NCBI RefSeq assembly: GCF_006345805.1
Contig: NC_043001.1
Span: forward strand, 134,540,001-134,604,000
DNA length: 64,000 nt
Direction of reading: 5' to 3'
From: Octopus sinensis
Lineage: Eukaryota
The translations under genes and the position numbers were made by a program. How positions within the stretch are numbered: the first letter of the stretch is position 1; every line of letters begins with the position of its first letter. The notes below the pieces were generated by a model. The model did no database searches. It worked only from the letters and a program-made list of their open reading frames with translations, and was not told where the DNA came from. Shown piece after piece: positions 26,770 through 39,462 of this stretch.

Positions 26770-26984
26770 GGTATTAAAAGCATTAACACATCTACCAGAT
26801 ATGATAACTGTTCCTGATAATGCCACTGATTTAATACATCTTCCAAACACTGATAATGTTGCCGTTTTAAGTCTTGCTCCTTCACTTCTTCATTCAACAT
26901 CAACAGTCAGAAAACAACTATTTTCTGCATTGTCTCTGTGAAATTATAATCTGGGGGTCTTTTCAATACTTACCACATATCTGA

Positions 26985-27200
26985 CCTAGAGAGAGGCTAT
27001 GTAATAGAAAATGTAACCTGAGATTCATTGTAATCAATACTATTGCACACATCTGACCTAGAGACTGTGATAGAAGATACAATTTGGGATCCAGCTTAAT
27101 CAATATCACCATTTATCTGACCTAGAGACTTTGTGGTAGAATCTATAACCTGGGATCCTAATCAATATTACTACCACTCATGTGACCTAGATAAACTGTT
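26985..27200. repeat. Degenerate tandem repeat, about 60-65-bp units
   Basis: (c/g)tgacctaga recurs four times. Confidence 0.7.
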
Positions 27201-27219
27201 TAAGAAAATGATGTCTTTT

Positions 27220-27570
27220 ATCTTTGTTTCAGTCATTAAACTGCAGTCATGCTGGGGTACCATCTTGCTGAATTTTTAGTTGAATGACTTAACCCCAGTA
27301 CTTAACTTTTTTTTAAAAACCTGGTACTTATTCTATTGGGTCTCTTTTGTTGAACCACTAAGTTATGAGGACATAAACACATCAACACTGGTTGTCGAGC
27401 GGTGGTGGGCGACAAACACAAACACACACACACAGACACACACACACGGCATGCTTCTTTCAGTTTCCATCTACCACACCCGTTCACAAGGCTTTAGTTG
27501 ACCTGAGGCTATAATAGAAGACACTTGACCAAGGTGCCACACAGTGGAACTGAACCTGGAACCATGTGGT
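27220..27570 (-). mobile_element. SINE family B
   Basis: Diverged match to family B. Confidence 0.8.
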
Positions 27571-28139
27571 TAAGAAATAAAATCTAGACTGGAAAGTAAT
27601 GACTAATACAAGCAAAAGAGATGGACTATCTGTCATCATCATTGTTTAGCCCTAGATTGCAAAGGTTGAATAGATCTATGATAAAGAAAAAATTCTAATT
27701 AGACTGTCCAGCAATGGCAGCAGCATCGCTGCTATTGGAAAATGATAAAAACAAATTCCATTTAGATAATTTGTAGCACATCATATTATTTACACCTTCA
27801 TCACCATCATCATTTCACTTCAGTTTTCCATTTCAGCATCAGTTGGATTGGTCATCAACAGTTTGAATTGGTTTTTATCCAAAGTTACTGCCCTCTGCGA
27901 TGAGTCAGAATTTTCAGTGAATCAATCACTGGTTTCCTACATTTCTAACAGCAAGAGTTGACAACACTGTGTGTGTAACTTGCTGCAAAGCAAATATAAC
28001 TTGGTCCTATATTCTTAAGGCACTGGTTTTCTTGACGAAGATTACATCCTCTTTACTTTTATACCTCAGTGGAAGATTCATATGCACGTGTGTGTGTTTG
28101 TATATGTATGTGTGTGCGTGTGTATATATATATGTAGCT

Positions 28140-28535
28140 GTGATACCAGTGCCGGTGGCACATAAGAGAATCATCCGAAAGTGGCCATTGCCAGCGCCGC
28201 CCCAACTGGCTTCTGTGCTGGTGGCACATAAAAAGCACCATCCGATCATGGCTGTTGCCAGCCTTGCTTGGCCTCCGTGCCGGTGGCACGTAAAAAGCAC
28301 CATCCGATCGTGGCCATTTGCCAGCCTCGTCTGGCACCTGTGCTGGTGGCACATAAAAAGCACCCACTACACTCATGGAGTGGTTGGCGTTAGGAAGGGC
28401 ATCCAGCCGTAGAAACATTGCCAGATCAGACTGGGCCTGGTGCAGCCTTCTGGCTTCCCAGACCCCAGTTGCACCGTCCAACCCATGCCAGCATGGAAAG
28501 CGGACGCTAAACGATGATGATGATGACGATGATGA
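28140..28535 (+). mobile_element. RTE LINE 3' UTR fragment
   Basis: Tandem units, conserved end, (GAT)n tail. Confidence 0.85.
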
Positions 28536-28547
28536 TATATATATATA

Positions 28548-29670
28548 AAGGGTGAGTGAATGTAAGGCATTAAAAATTGGTAATAAGATCCATATTTTTC
28601 TTACAAATTTATTGAAACAAATGATACATGTTCTTTATTACATGGGAAAATGAAAGTAAATCTTCATATTTCAACGTGAGCACCAATAGCATTAACCAGT
28701 TTCCTCAAACGGCCAGAGATGGAATGAACAACCTTCTGAAGGACGTTGTCTGGGATATCATTGAGAACCTCCTGAATCCGTGTCCGTAAATCCTCCAATA
28801 TGCGAGGTTTTGTCTTGTACACCTCTTTTGTGTAATCCCCACAGATAAAAATCACATGGAGTGAGATCTGGACTTCTGCAGTCACGGTCTTCAGGTTTTA
28901 AGCTCCTGCACATAATGAGCTTTCCACAGCTGAAAATTCAATTCTTTATGCAACACTGTACAGATTGTATTTTGCTTGTCCACTTTCATGAGCTGCTTGT
29001 TGCGTTGATTTTTGCAGGCTGTGATTAGACTTTTCCTACGCTGTGCTGATCAGGATGTGACTAGATGGCTACTTCTTCTTGCATCATTCACAGAGCCCAT
29101 GGTCATCAGCTTTGCATGACAACTTTTTATTGTCTCCGGGCATCGTGTTGCATGCTTCATCATCATCATTGTACGACCGTGGTCGAGACAATGGAATTTT
29201 ACCATGCTACGCCAGACTTCACGGTCCATCATGGCATTACGGAGGTCCTGTTGCTGGATGCCTGTATCCCTGGAGATTGCATCAGGGTAGGAGAGTGTGC
29301 GCCCTCTGGTATTGCAAGTAGATGGCTTCCAGAGGAGAAGAGTAGAAATTACTTCTTTTTCAGCTCTACAACAATGTCCAGCAAACTGGACTCTCCTACC
29401 TTTCACAAGGTGTGCATGCTTACCTTTCCATGCACACCAACCATTTCTGAACCAAAACAATGGAATTCCACACTTCATAGTGTGCTGCTATCTTAGCTGG
29501 CTCCTGAACGGTCAAGCGACTGACCATCTGGAAAATAAGAAAAAAGACAATAAGAAAATAAAAAATCCCCATTAGTATTGGTTGTTTAAAAAATGCTTTC
29601 ATCATGACTTCAGTGATACTAAAAATTCTATAAGCAATTTCTAATGCCTAGTTACTTTCCACTCAACCTG
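28548..29670 (-). mobile_element. Internally deleted Tc1/mariner-superfamily transposon (DUF4817-type N-terminus)
   Basis: TA-flanked TIRs (c/a)agg(g/t)tgagtg; MVSRLTVQEPAKIAAHYEVWNSIVLVQKW...KLMTMGSVNDARRS...RSPDLTPCDFYLWG...VYKTKPRILEDL. Confidence 0.85.
29158..29412 (-). mobile_element. Second RTE-clade LINE family, 5'-truncated, inside the Tc1-like element
   Basis: RRVQFAGHCCRAEKEVISTLLLWKP...DAISRDTG...AMMDREVWR, (ATG)n tail, 9-bp TSD tgcatgctt. Confidence 0.88.
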
Positions 29671-29871
29671 TATATAATCATATATCTATACATATAAATT
29701 TGATATGGGCGATTCTTTGTTGTCCTGCGATTCACGGTCAAACGGCTGGGTGGTATTGTGTGAAAAATTACACAGATATATAGAATGACCCAGTGGTGAT
29801 GCTGGGTTTTGTATTTTTTCATAGCTCCCATGGTTACTGAAATAATCTACTATAATAATACTCTTATGTTT

Positions 29872-30260
29872 GTGGAGGCGCAATGGCCCAGTGGTTAGGG
29901 CAGCGGACTCGCGGTCATAGGATCACGGTTTCGATTCCCAGACCGGGCATTGTGAGTGTTTATTGAGCGAAAACACCTAAAGCTCCACAAGGCTCCGGCA
30001 GGGGATGGTGGTGATCCCTGCTGTGCTCTTTCACCACAACTTTCTCTCACTCTTACTTCCTGTTTCTGTTGTACCTTGTATTTCAAAGGGCCGGCCTTGT
30101 CACTCTCTGTGTCATGCTGAATATCCCCGAGAACTACGTTAAGGATACACGTGTCTGTGGAGTGCTCAGTCACTTACACGTTAATTTCACGAGCAGGCTG
30201 TTCCATTGATTCGGATCAACCGGAACCCTCGTCGTCATAACCGACGGAGTGCTTCCATCC
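29872..30260 (+). mobile_element. SINE family A, full length
   Basis: 12-bp TSD actctt(a/g)tgttt. Confidence 0.92.
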
Positions 30261-30722
30261 ACTCTTGTGTTTATGAATAAGAAAGGAAGGGGTGATGTCA
30301 TACTTGGTAGTGGGATGATGAAAACTGTATGCTGAAAAATAAATCAATCATCTCCAGCGGTAAGGATAGCTATTTAATAAAATGTAGCAATAATTATAGT
30401 AAGAGTTTGAGCTTTTAGGGATGCAGAAGAAAATATAAATATGAATAAATTAAGAAATTTAATATATATTACAGAAGGAAAGAAAGTAATATATAAAGAC
30501 AGTGTCCTTGTTCTTTTTTTAATCATTATTATTATTATTATAAGATTAGCAGTGTAATTAAAAGTACTAAATGACTTCAGGTTAGGAAGTCTGCATAGCA
30601 TCAAATATAATTAAATTAACATTTTTTTAAAATTCTCATTAACTTTATTTTAAGTAGATGAGATGTTACTGATATAATAAATTGTTGGTTATGAATATCA
30701 TCACTCAATATTATTGTTGGTT

Positions 30723-30935
30723 ATTAAGGCAGCAAATTGGCAGGGTCATTAGCATGCCATGCAAAATGCTTCATAGTATTTCATCCATCTTTATGTTCTG
30801 AGTTCAAATTCCACCAAGGTTGACTTTGCCTTTTGTCCATTCAGGATTAATAAAATAAGTACCAGTTGAGCACTAGGGTCAATGTAATCGGCTTACCCCT
30901 TCTTCTGAACTTGCTGACCTTGTGCCAAAATTTGG
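30723..30935 (+). mobile_element. SINE family C, older copy
   Basis: gttcaaattcc...ttgactttgcc...taaaataagtaccag. Confidence 0.75.
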
Positions 30936-31094
30936 TCATGAATAATGTCACATATAAGAGTTTAATATTTTGAAGTAATAGGGTCTTTCTCATCATTTTA
31001 AAATTTCCACCACTAATTTACTTACATCTGACACCATACTAATTTTCTGGCCCAAAGTTATCAATTACTTTTATTTACATTGCTGCCTTTACCA

Positions 31095-31300
31095 CGAAGC
31101 ATTTTGTTAGCACCTCAGGCAAAATATCTAACAGCACTTCAGCCCTCTTTATGTTCCGAGTTCAAATTCTGCCGAAGTTGACTTCGCCTTTCATTCTTTT
31201 GAGATCGATAAAATAAGTACCAGTTAATTACTGTGGTTGATGTAATCGACTTACACCTCCCTCAAAATTGCTGGCCTTGTGCCAATTTTGAAACCAATCT
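31095..31300 (+). mobile_element. SINE family C, older copy
   Basis: Same motifs as the 30723 copy. Confidence 0.75.
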
Positions 31301-31619
31301 ATTTTACCACTTCCAAATATGATTAAATCAAATATGGTTTTTCTTCTGTTATGTTTTTGCTCTTCAAACACTGTTTTCATATTGTTTATTTCAAAAACTA
31401 CCCCCACCCACCCACCCTCTTACTCTAAGTATCAAGTTTTATAAAACAATTGTTCTTTCATCTGAAAATAATTAGATTTATACAATGAAACTTGTTGCTG
31501 CTTGTATATTTTTCTCTATGTTGTTCAGTGTATTGAAGTGTGATGCTCTTGACCTTTTGATCAGGATAAATAGGCATGTATATATATATATACATATACA
31601 TATATATATATATATATAT

Positions 31620-31783
31620 ATCATCATCATCATCATCATCATTTAGCGTCCGCTTTCCATGCTAGCATGGGTTGGACGGTTCAACTGGGGTCTGTGAAGC
31701 CAGAAGGCTGCATCAGGCCCAGTCTGATCTGGCAGTGTTTCTACGGCTGGATGCCCTTCCTAACGCCAACCATTCCGTGAGTG
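31620..31783 (-). mobile_element. RTE LINE 3' end
   Basis: (CAT)n plus conserved end. Confidence 0.85.
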
Positions 31784-31802
31784 TTTGTATATGTATATAT
31801 AT

Positions 31803-32067
31803 ATATTGTTATATTTCGGAATGGTCATTTTGCCAGTTTAGCCAATAAAAACACACGCACTATATATTTGGTGTTACTTTGCTTCAGTGTTATTTATTTT
31901 TTACATTAATCTTAATCTTATTTCGGCCAGAGTTCTTTCGTCACACTCCTGTGACCGCATCAGTGGTCCTTTGTTTTCTTCTTACTTATTTGTGTCTCTC
32001 CTTACTAACCGTCAACCATTTTTATTGGCTAAACTGGCAAAATGACCATTCCGAAATATAACAATAT
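31803..32067. mobile_element. Inverted-repeat cassette (about 49-bp IRs) containing a hammerhead-like motif
   Basis: IRs 31803-31851 and 32019-32067; flanked by TA tracts. Confidence 0.8.
31925..31969 (-). ncRNA. Hammerhead ribozyme-like motif (type I), core variant
   Basis: Minus strand: ggacca CTGATGC g GTCAC aggagt GTGAC GAAA G aa C TC tggcc; stems I-III can form; C in place of core A9. Confidence 0.65.
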
Positions 32068-32120
32068 CTGTTTCAACACACGACTTCACATAAAAAATCT
32101 TGCACAACAAATATTTAAAC

Positions 32121-32152
<32 letters not shown>

Positions 32153-32154
<2 letters not shown>

Positions 32155-32352
32155 TTAGAATAAGGGCATTAAATAATTACAATGCCAGTCTGCTAGAAGT
32201 AGACCCCAAATAGTCTAGGAACCGCTTAGATTATTACTCCATTACCATCAGATCTTGTGGTAATGGAGTAATAATTTAAGCGGTTCCTAGACTATTTGGG
32301 GTCTACTTCTAGCAGACTGGTATTGTAATTATTCAATGCTCTTATTGTAACT
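32153..32352. repeat. 200-bp palindrome
   Basis: Arms 32153-32247 and 32258-32352 with few mismatches; preceded by (TA)n. Confidence 0.95.
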
Positions 32353-32492
32353 TTAATATAAGTTAACCATTATGGTATTTTAGTATGCTGGCCACTGATA
32401 AATCATTAAATAATGACTTTATTCTAATTGTGTATAAAAATATATGTGTGTGTATATGTATATATATATATGTGTGTGTGTGTATGTATGTG

Positions 32493-32548
<56 letters not shown>

Positions 32549-33109
32549 CACACACATATATATACATAAAATACAAAATACACAATTATATCTTGAGATT
32601 GCTAGTAATAACAATACTCTAAATATGAGCTATATTCCACTTATTAATCTGAGCGGAGGCAATGCGAGCAGTAACTAAAGGAACATTACTAAAATCCACA
32701 CAGAAAGATCAAACACATACAATATATTCATATATTCATTTATATCTACAGAACAGATATAAAGTCCGACGTTTAAAAATATAATAATATATAAATAAAT
32801 AAACATCTTTTTTTGAGTAGTGGTTTAAGGTACACTTGCAAAGTGAAAGTAGGAGAAAGTGTGGTAATAGAAGGAGTGAAGCAGTTGAAATGAGAGAGGC
32901 AAATCGTAAAATATTTAGTTTTCTCGAATTTTTGCTTAATTGGGGGTCAAATTGAAAAAAATTTATATGCCATGACCCAATCGAATCTACTTTGAAAAAT
33001 CATAGGTAAATTCCAATTGAAGAAATTCTATATTGTACAATTGTATTAAAAAGAAACATAGTCACAGGCAGAGAAAATCTGCCTTTTATCATAAGAGATA
33101 TATATATAA

Positions 33110-33900
33110 ACAGTCCACAGTCTGTCTACCTATGTGAAAGGCCTCTCCGAGAAGATACAAAAGATATGCGGCCTATATGACATTCAGGACTGTATTCAAG
33201 AGTAATACAACACTTCGCAAATATCTCCTTCGAGTAAAACCACCAATAGAAGAGAATATGACCAAAGACTGCATATAAATCCATCCCATGCAGCTGTGGT
33301 AGATTATACAAAGGCAAAACATACCACCCCCTCAAAATAAGGGTAGACGAACATTGCAAAGCTGTGACATGAGAAGGTATTGATAAATCAGGTATAGCTG
33401 ATCACGTATGGAAAAATGGAGACCTTCTTCCCCTGTGGGATGAAGTTAAAATAATAGACAGAGAATACCACTGGAAAATACGAAAATTAAAAGAGGCAGT
33501 ACGTATGCTGGGACACAACAACCTCGTAAGCAGACCAAGTGCAGATATGAGTAGCATATGGGAACCGGTATTAAGGAAGGATAGAAAAATGTTAGATTTA
33601 TAAGTCCTAAAATTCACTCCATAATTGCCCACGGTCATATGGCGTAGTAGTTAAGAGGTTCCATGTTCAATTCCAGGCAGTGACCTGAATAATAATAATG
33701 ATAATAATAATAATAATAATAACAACAACAACATCAAAAAATACCTTAGGAATGAGAACCCAAGTTCGAAATTTCCCCAGGACACCTGATGAAGGCTGGA
33801 GGGTATATCAGCTGAAACGTGTTAACAACAAAGAAAATGAGGACAAATAGCCATCAAATGTAAATAATGTACATAATTCCTCATCTCTTAAATATAGAAC
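33110..33900 (+). mobile_element. Penelope-like element 3' part: GIY-YIG endonuclease pseudo-ORF plus pseudo-LTR
   Basis: YVKGLSEKIQKIC...IPCSCGRLYKGKT...LKIRVDEH...SGIADHVW...RKLKEA (stop at 33603; frameshifts), followed by a hammerhead motif; starts after (TA)n. Confidence 0.88.
33781..33825 (+). ncRNA. Hammerhead ribozyme motif of the Penelope pseudo-LTR, probably decayed
   Basis: gacac CTGATGA a GGCTG gagggtatat CAGCT GAAACGT; palindromic ACGT stem III; cleavage triplet and stem I 3' strand not clean. Confidence 0.75.
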
Positions 33901-33939
33901 TGTAATTATCAACAATGATTTACTTCATTTTCATTTCAG

Positions 33940-34018
33940 GATACTTCCATGCCAAATGGCTGTCAATTGATGACTGAATCAGCAGATTCTTTGAGCATAC
34001 CTTTAGCACAGAAACTTG
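33940..34018 (+). CDS. PSMG4: Proteasome assembly chaperone 4, internal coding exon (79 nt, phase 0 to 1)
   Basis: tttcatttcag|...|gtaatt; DTSMPNGCQLMTESADSLSIPLAQKL aligns with the recalled human DSIPVSTSLLGDTSDTTSTGLAQRL and splices in frame to 42326. Confidence 0.85.
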
Positions 34019-34140
34019 GTAATTATCTTTTTACATTTCTTATTTGTTGATTGATTCATTGATTGCACAGCAGTAATAGCCCCCACCACATGAGGGGCAG
34101 AGCTTTTTGGCACCTTGACAATTCCTCCCCAGTAACTTAA

Positions 34141-34361
34141 CCCTTTTGTTACCAACCCGGCTGAAACCGGCTCTGGCTCTGTTGTACAAATGTCTTGTTT
34201 CCATAAGTTTTAAATTAAAATCTTCCACCAAACCTTAGTCACAATTTATGTTCCTAATACAAGCTGAATGGTAACTAAGTTATTTTACTAATTTCTTTGT
34301 TATATTTAAAGTACTTGAAAGAAACACAGAACATCTCAAAATAAATACAGTAACGAAAGGG
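34141..34361. mobile_element. TTAA-flanked MITE, family 1 (piggyBac-like)
   Basis: ttaa|ccctt(t)tgttac...gtaacgaaaggg|ttaa. Confidence 0.88.
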
Positions 34362-34521
34362 TTAATGGGATAATTTGAACTTGGTATTTTTAGCTAACAA
34401 AACACTTGTCATTTATATAGTGACCTTACAACTTCTAAGTTTCTCTATGGTACTTATTATTTCTCTGTGGAATGCTGGAGAATGTTAGTGTTTGTCCCAG
34501 GAGTCAAACATCATTTCTTGT

Positions 34522-34783
34522 TACCTGATACATCATCATCATCGTTTAGCGTCCGTTTTCCATGCTAGCATGGGTTGGACGGTTCAACTGGGGTCTGTAA
34601 AGCCGGAAGGCTTCATCAGGCCTAGTCAGATCTGGCAATGTTTCTACGGCTGGATGCCCTTCCTAACGCCAACCACTCCGTGAGTGTAGTGGGTGCTTTT
34701 TACGTGCCACCCGCACAGGTGCCAGACAGAGCTGGCAAACGGCCACGAACGGATGGTGCTTTTTATGTGCCACCGGCACGGGT
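34522..34783 (-). mobile_element. RTE LINE 3' end
   Basis: Conserved end plus tandem unit. Confidence 0.85.
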
Positions 34784-35134
34784 ACAAATTGTTGATTTTT
34801 TTTAACCAACTGATCTTGTACCTCAAACTGACAATAATAAATTATTACATTTGTTTTGTTTTTCTCTCTCCATAACTGTAATAATATTTTTATTCATTGG
34901 TTTCTAGAAGGAACCAATTAAACTCTTCAAATAGTGATAAAAAATTTAGCTCAAATTGAAAACCCAACTCAAGTTTTTATTGATATAATGTTACTGACAT
35001 AGTTGTCACTTTATGACTACTAATGTATCATAATTTAGCATGTTACTATTTATTTTCTGTATACATATTATTTGTAGTAAACAGAGTTTAATTTAGGTAA
35101 CTGAAAGAAGCTCATCTCGTATATATATATATAT

Positions 35135-35520
35135 AGGCGCAGGAGTGGCTGTGTGGTAAGTAGGTTGTTTATCAACCACATGGTTCCAGGTTCAGTCCCA
35201 CTGCATGGCACCTTGAGCAAGTGTCTTCTACTATAGCCTCGGGCTGACCAAAGCCTTGTGAGTGGATTTGGTAGACGGAAACTGAAAAGAAGTCCGTCGT
35301 ATATATATATATATATATATATATGCGTGTGTGTGTTTGTGTGTCTGTGTTTGTCCCCCTAGCATTGCTTGACAACCGCTCCACCACTGCTTGACAACCA
35401 GTGTTGGTTTCTTTACATGTCCATAAGTTAGCAGTTTGGTATAAGAGACCAATTGAATCTATACCAAGTTTGGAGTTGGTTTGTTAGGCTAAAATCTTTC
35501 AAGGTGGTTGCCCATCGTGA
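35135..35520 (+). mobile_element. SINE family B
   Basis: ggcgcaggagtggctgtgtgg head, internal TA/GT tract. Confidence 0.85.
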
Positions 35521-35799
35521 CTGAAACTACTGAAAAATAAAGATGAAAGATAAAGCTTTTAATACTTATGGCTTAATCATGGCTGCGTGCTTGAGAATTC
35601 TGCTTTGTAATTGTGTGATTCAGTCCTTCTGTGCAACACTGGAAGCAAGTATTTTCTATAGCTTTGAGTCCCAAAGTTATGAGTGCAGGCATGGCTGTGT
35701 TAAGAAGTCTGCTTTACAATTGTGTGGTTTCCAATTTGTTCCTACTGTGCAGCACTATGGGAAAGCATCTTGTGGTACAGTATTAGATCAACCGAAGCC

Positions 35800-36090
35800 T
35801 TCATCATTATCATCATCATCATTGACATTTAATGTCTGTTCTCCGTGGTGGCATGGGTTGCTCGGCTTGAGAGGAACTGGCAAGGCCAGGGGCTGCACCA
35901 GCTTCCATAGTTTGTTTTTGGCTTGGTTTCTATGGCTTGATGGCCTCCCTAATGCCAACCACTTTTACGGAGTATACTGGGTGCTTTTTACACGTCACCA
36001 TCACCAGTGCTTTTTATGTGGTACCAGCACCAGTGCTTTTTTACATGGTACCAGTACCCACACCAATGCTTTTTATGTGGTGCCTTAGTT
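35800..36090 (-). mobile_element. Diverged RTE-like 3' end
   Basis: Degenerate match to the conserved RTE end. Confidence 0.65.
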
Positions 36091-37172
36091 TTAGGACCTC
36101 GGTTCTAAGAAGATGTCTGAGTCTACTTGTGGCTTACATTTTTATACACCCCCCCCCACACCCCCACACACGATAGGCACCGAAGCAAGGCCATGTTGTT
36201 AAGTAGTTTACTTCAGACCCATGTGGCTAAAAATCTGTTCCCACTGCATGGACACTACCTTCTACTGAATGAAATTTAACTGATGGAAACTGGAAGAAGC
36301 CTGTCATATATATATATATACAGATATGAATATGTGTGTGTGAGAGAGAGTGTGTGTTCCCTTTGTCTTTATATGTGTGCTGGCTGTGTGCAAGAGTCTC
36401 TGTTCAATACAAATGTGGTGTCACTTGTTTACAATCCTCCACAAAAGCATTTGGATTATGCATTGTTCAACAGGCTAAAGGAAATATTATCTTACTGGGA
36501 AATAAGTGAGGGTTGGTGACAGGGAGAGCATCTGACTGTAGAAAAATGTGCTTCAACAAAGTTTCTCACATATCCATGCAAGCTTGGAAATAAGTGGGTG
36601 TTAAAATGACTTCAACACCAAGGTTGCCATTGCCAATGAAGATAACACACACACACAACACACACACACACACACAAGGTGGTGTGTGTCTGTGTGTATA
36701 GATATATAGTTGAGTCTTTATAAACTACTGCAAGTATTGACATGTGAAATGTCCCTGGAAGATTTCAGGTAGAGTGATTCAGCAATGAAGGGATCAATAC
36801 GTTACGTCACCTGTGTCTTTCTTCCTCAAATTCACCATTGACAATGCTGTTTGTTACTATGGTTGAAAGTAAATAAATACAATGACATAAAAGACCAGTT
36901 AATTAAGGAATCAATAATTATTGGTCTTATGAATCAATCGTCACAGCCTAGATGTAAACGCCCACTAAATTACATCAACAGCCAAATTTTAATTACTAGC
37001 CACAGTCACCACTGCTAATGCCCTTAACAAATGCATGAACATCACACAGTCACATTTCCCCTTCTACTAATAACCTGCCCTGTAACTATGTTGTTATTTT
37101 TTAGTCTCATGCCAATGTAGCAGACTACAATTAAATATATTCCAGCTGCAACTATCCCACCATTATCTAGGA

Positions 37173-37515
37173 TTAAAGGACCCCACTCAGTCATGAATGA
37201 CTATGGGATTGCACCTAGAATGTTCCCCTCCAGTGCACAAGTCCGAGGAAGGTTGTTTATAATAGAAGACCAGCAGTCACCCATGCATACCACCCTCCCC
37301 TCTTCACATCACCGATGTTATCCAAGGAAAAGGTGAAGGCCAATACAGTTTGGCACCAGTGATGTCACAAATCATTTCTACAGCTGAGTGAACTGGAGCA
37401 ATGTGAAATAGAGTGTCTTGCTGAAGAACACAGCATACAGCCCATTCCAGGAATTGAACTCACTACCTCATGATTGTAAGCCCAATGCTCTAACCACTGA
37501 GCCATGCACCTTCAC
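37173..37515 (-). mobile_element. tRNA-derived SINE, distinct family sharing its central domain with 47564
   Basis: 9-bp TSD tatctagga; shared ctgagtgaactggagcaatgtgaaat. Confidence 0.8.
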
Positions 37516-37850
37516 TATCTAGGACTACATTTTCTGATATGCCGTTCTCATTTTTAGGATGGAAGGGTATGCTTTGAGGAAGATTTGGCTATTATTTCTA
37601 GCTGATTGAGCAACCACCTGTACATAAATCAGGATGGTAGAAATGGCCAAATTGGGGAAATTGTCGTGCAGTAGTTAATGACATCCCTTTTACACCTACT
37701 GAGGACAATGTTACATTTTAGCCTCCCAAGGTCAACATATTAGTACCAGGCAGGTACTGGTTCAATGTAATTAACTGCCACTTCCTCCTCCATCAAAAAT
37801 ATGAGGGCTTGGGTGACTCTATTAGAAATCATTGAATTTGCTGTTATTTA

Positions 37851-38204
37851 GTGGAGGCGCAATGGCCCAGTGGTTAGGGCAGCGGACTCGCGGTCATAGG
37901 ATCGCGGTTTCGATTCCCAGACCGGGCGTTGTGAGTGTTTATTGAGCGAAAACACCTAAAGCTCCACGAGGCTCCGGTAGGGGATGGTGGTGATCCCTAC
38001 TGTACTCTTTCACCACAACTTTCTCTCACTCTTACTTCCTGTTTCTGTTGTACCTGTGTCACGCTGAATATTCCTGAGAACTACGTTAAGGGTACACGTG
38101 TCTGTGGAGTGCTCAGCCACTTACACGTTAATTTCACGAGCAGGCTGTTCCATTGATCGGATCAACCGGAACCCTCGTTGTCGTAACCGACGGAGTGCTT
38201 CCCC
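37851..38204 (+). mobile_element. SINE family A with internal deletion
   Basis: Near-identical to other A copies. Confidence 0.9.
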
Positions 38205-39462
38205 ACTCTGTTCAGCAAATTTATGATCAAAGATGTTCCAGCTGTAACCATCCCTTCTTATCTTGTATATCAGCAGCTGGCTGCTATCTCGTGGCATTGT
38301 ATCTCATGGCACTGACCACAAATAAACAAGATTTACAAATGAATACAATACACTTGTTCTAATTTATAACATTAAATACTTGTTGGAATAAAGTAATTAA
38401 GATGACAAGGGTCATCTCATCTAGCATTTACTCATTCATACACAACTGCAAACACAACATTACCTTCTTAAGTGAAACACATCTTCTCTGTCTTAATCTA
38501 CATGGTTAAGTGGAGCAGACACTTGTTTCACATTTCACTTTTATGATTGATGTCAAGAAGGACAGCCATTTTTAACACAAAACATTTAAATAAACAACTT
38601 TTTTTCTCATCTACCATCATCTTAGTCTCTTTTTTTTTTTTTTTTACTTTTTCTTCTCCTTACCTGCATTTTCTCCAAGAAGTTCATTACTTTCAGCTAT
38701 GGATTTAAAGATAGCAATTACATTTACTGCAGTGCTTTTCCATTATAGCCAAAACCTTGTCTGAATTTACAGAGCTAATCAACACGTAATTGTAAGATGT
38801 CGAACAAAAAATAAATGAACAATTTTTGTTATACTAGATAAGAAAATGAAATTTAACTTCATAACCAGCTAAAGTCTTTCATGTATCAAATTCTTAGCTT
38901 TTGCTTAATAAAGGTAGCATCCAGTTTCGAAAAAAGAAAATTACCTCATTATTTATATGCCTTTAGCAAACAATATTCTTTTGATTCAATGAAAACATAT
39001 TGCCTTCCTGGTAAAGTTTAATGACGCTGTGAAATAATGGTTGAAAGGAGCCAAAGATTGTTAACAACAACACATTCTTCATTAACTGCAGGAAAAATTG
39101 AGAAAAATATCTCAATGATTACAATTCTGTTAGATGAAAGATAGAGGAAATAGTCTAAATGTATTGAACTGAATGCTGGGAAATTGAAGTATTGATTTCT
39201 TCCAGAGGCAGATATTCTGGAAATTACCGAAGATTGTGAGACTATCAAGCTGATATCAAAATAATCAATGATATAATAGAAAGAAGCTTGGTTACATGTT
39301 GCTGCTGAAACTAGGCCTTGGACCAGTCAGTCATACTTCACTTTCTATGTTTGTGTTACAAAGCTAAATGCAGACTCCTATAAATTTTTATCTTTACATC
39401 AACCTGTGATACCTAAAGTAAGCACTAACATTTTCAAGAGCATGTTGGGAAGACCACATTAA

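Noticed and set aside
15757-38156. Recurrent ORFs MFIERKHLK.../MVVIPAVL...
   Set aside because: Incidental frames in SINE A copies; they vary with indels
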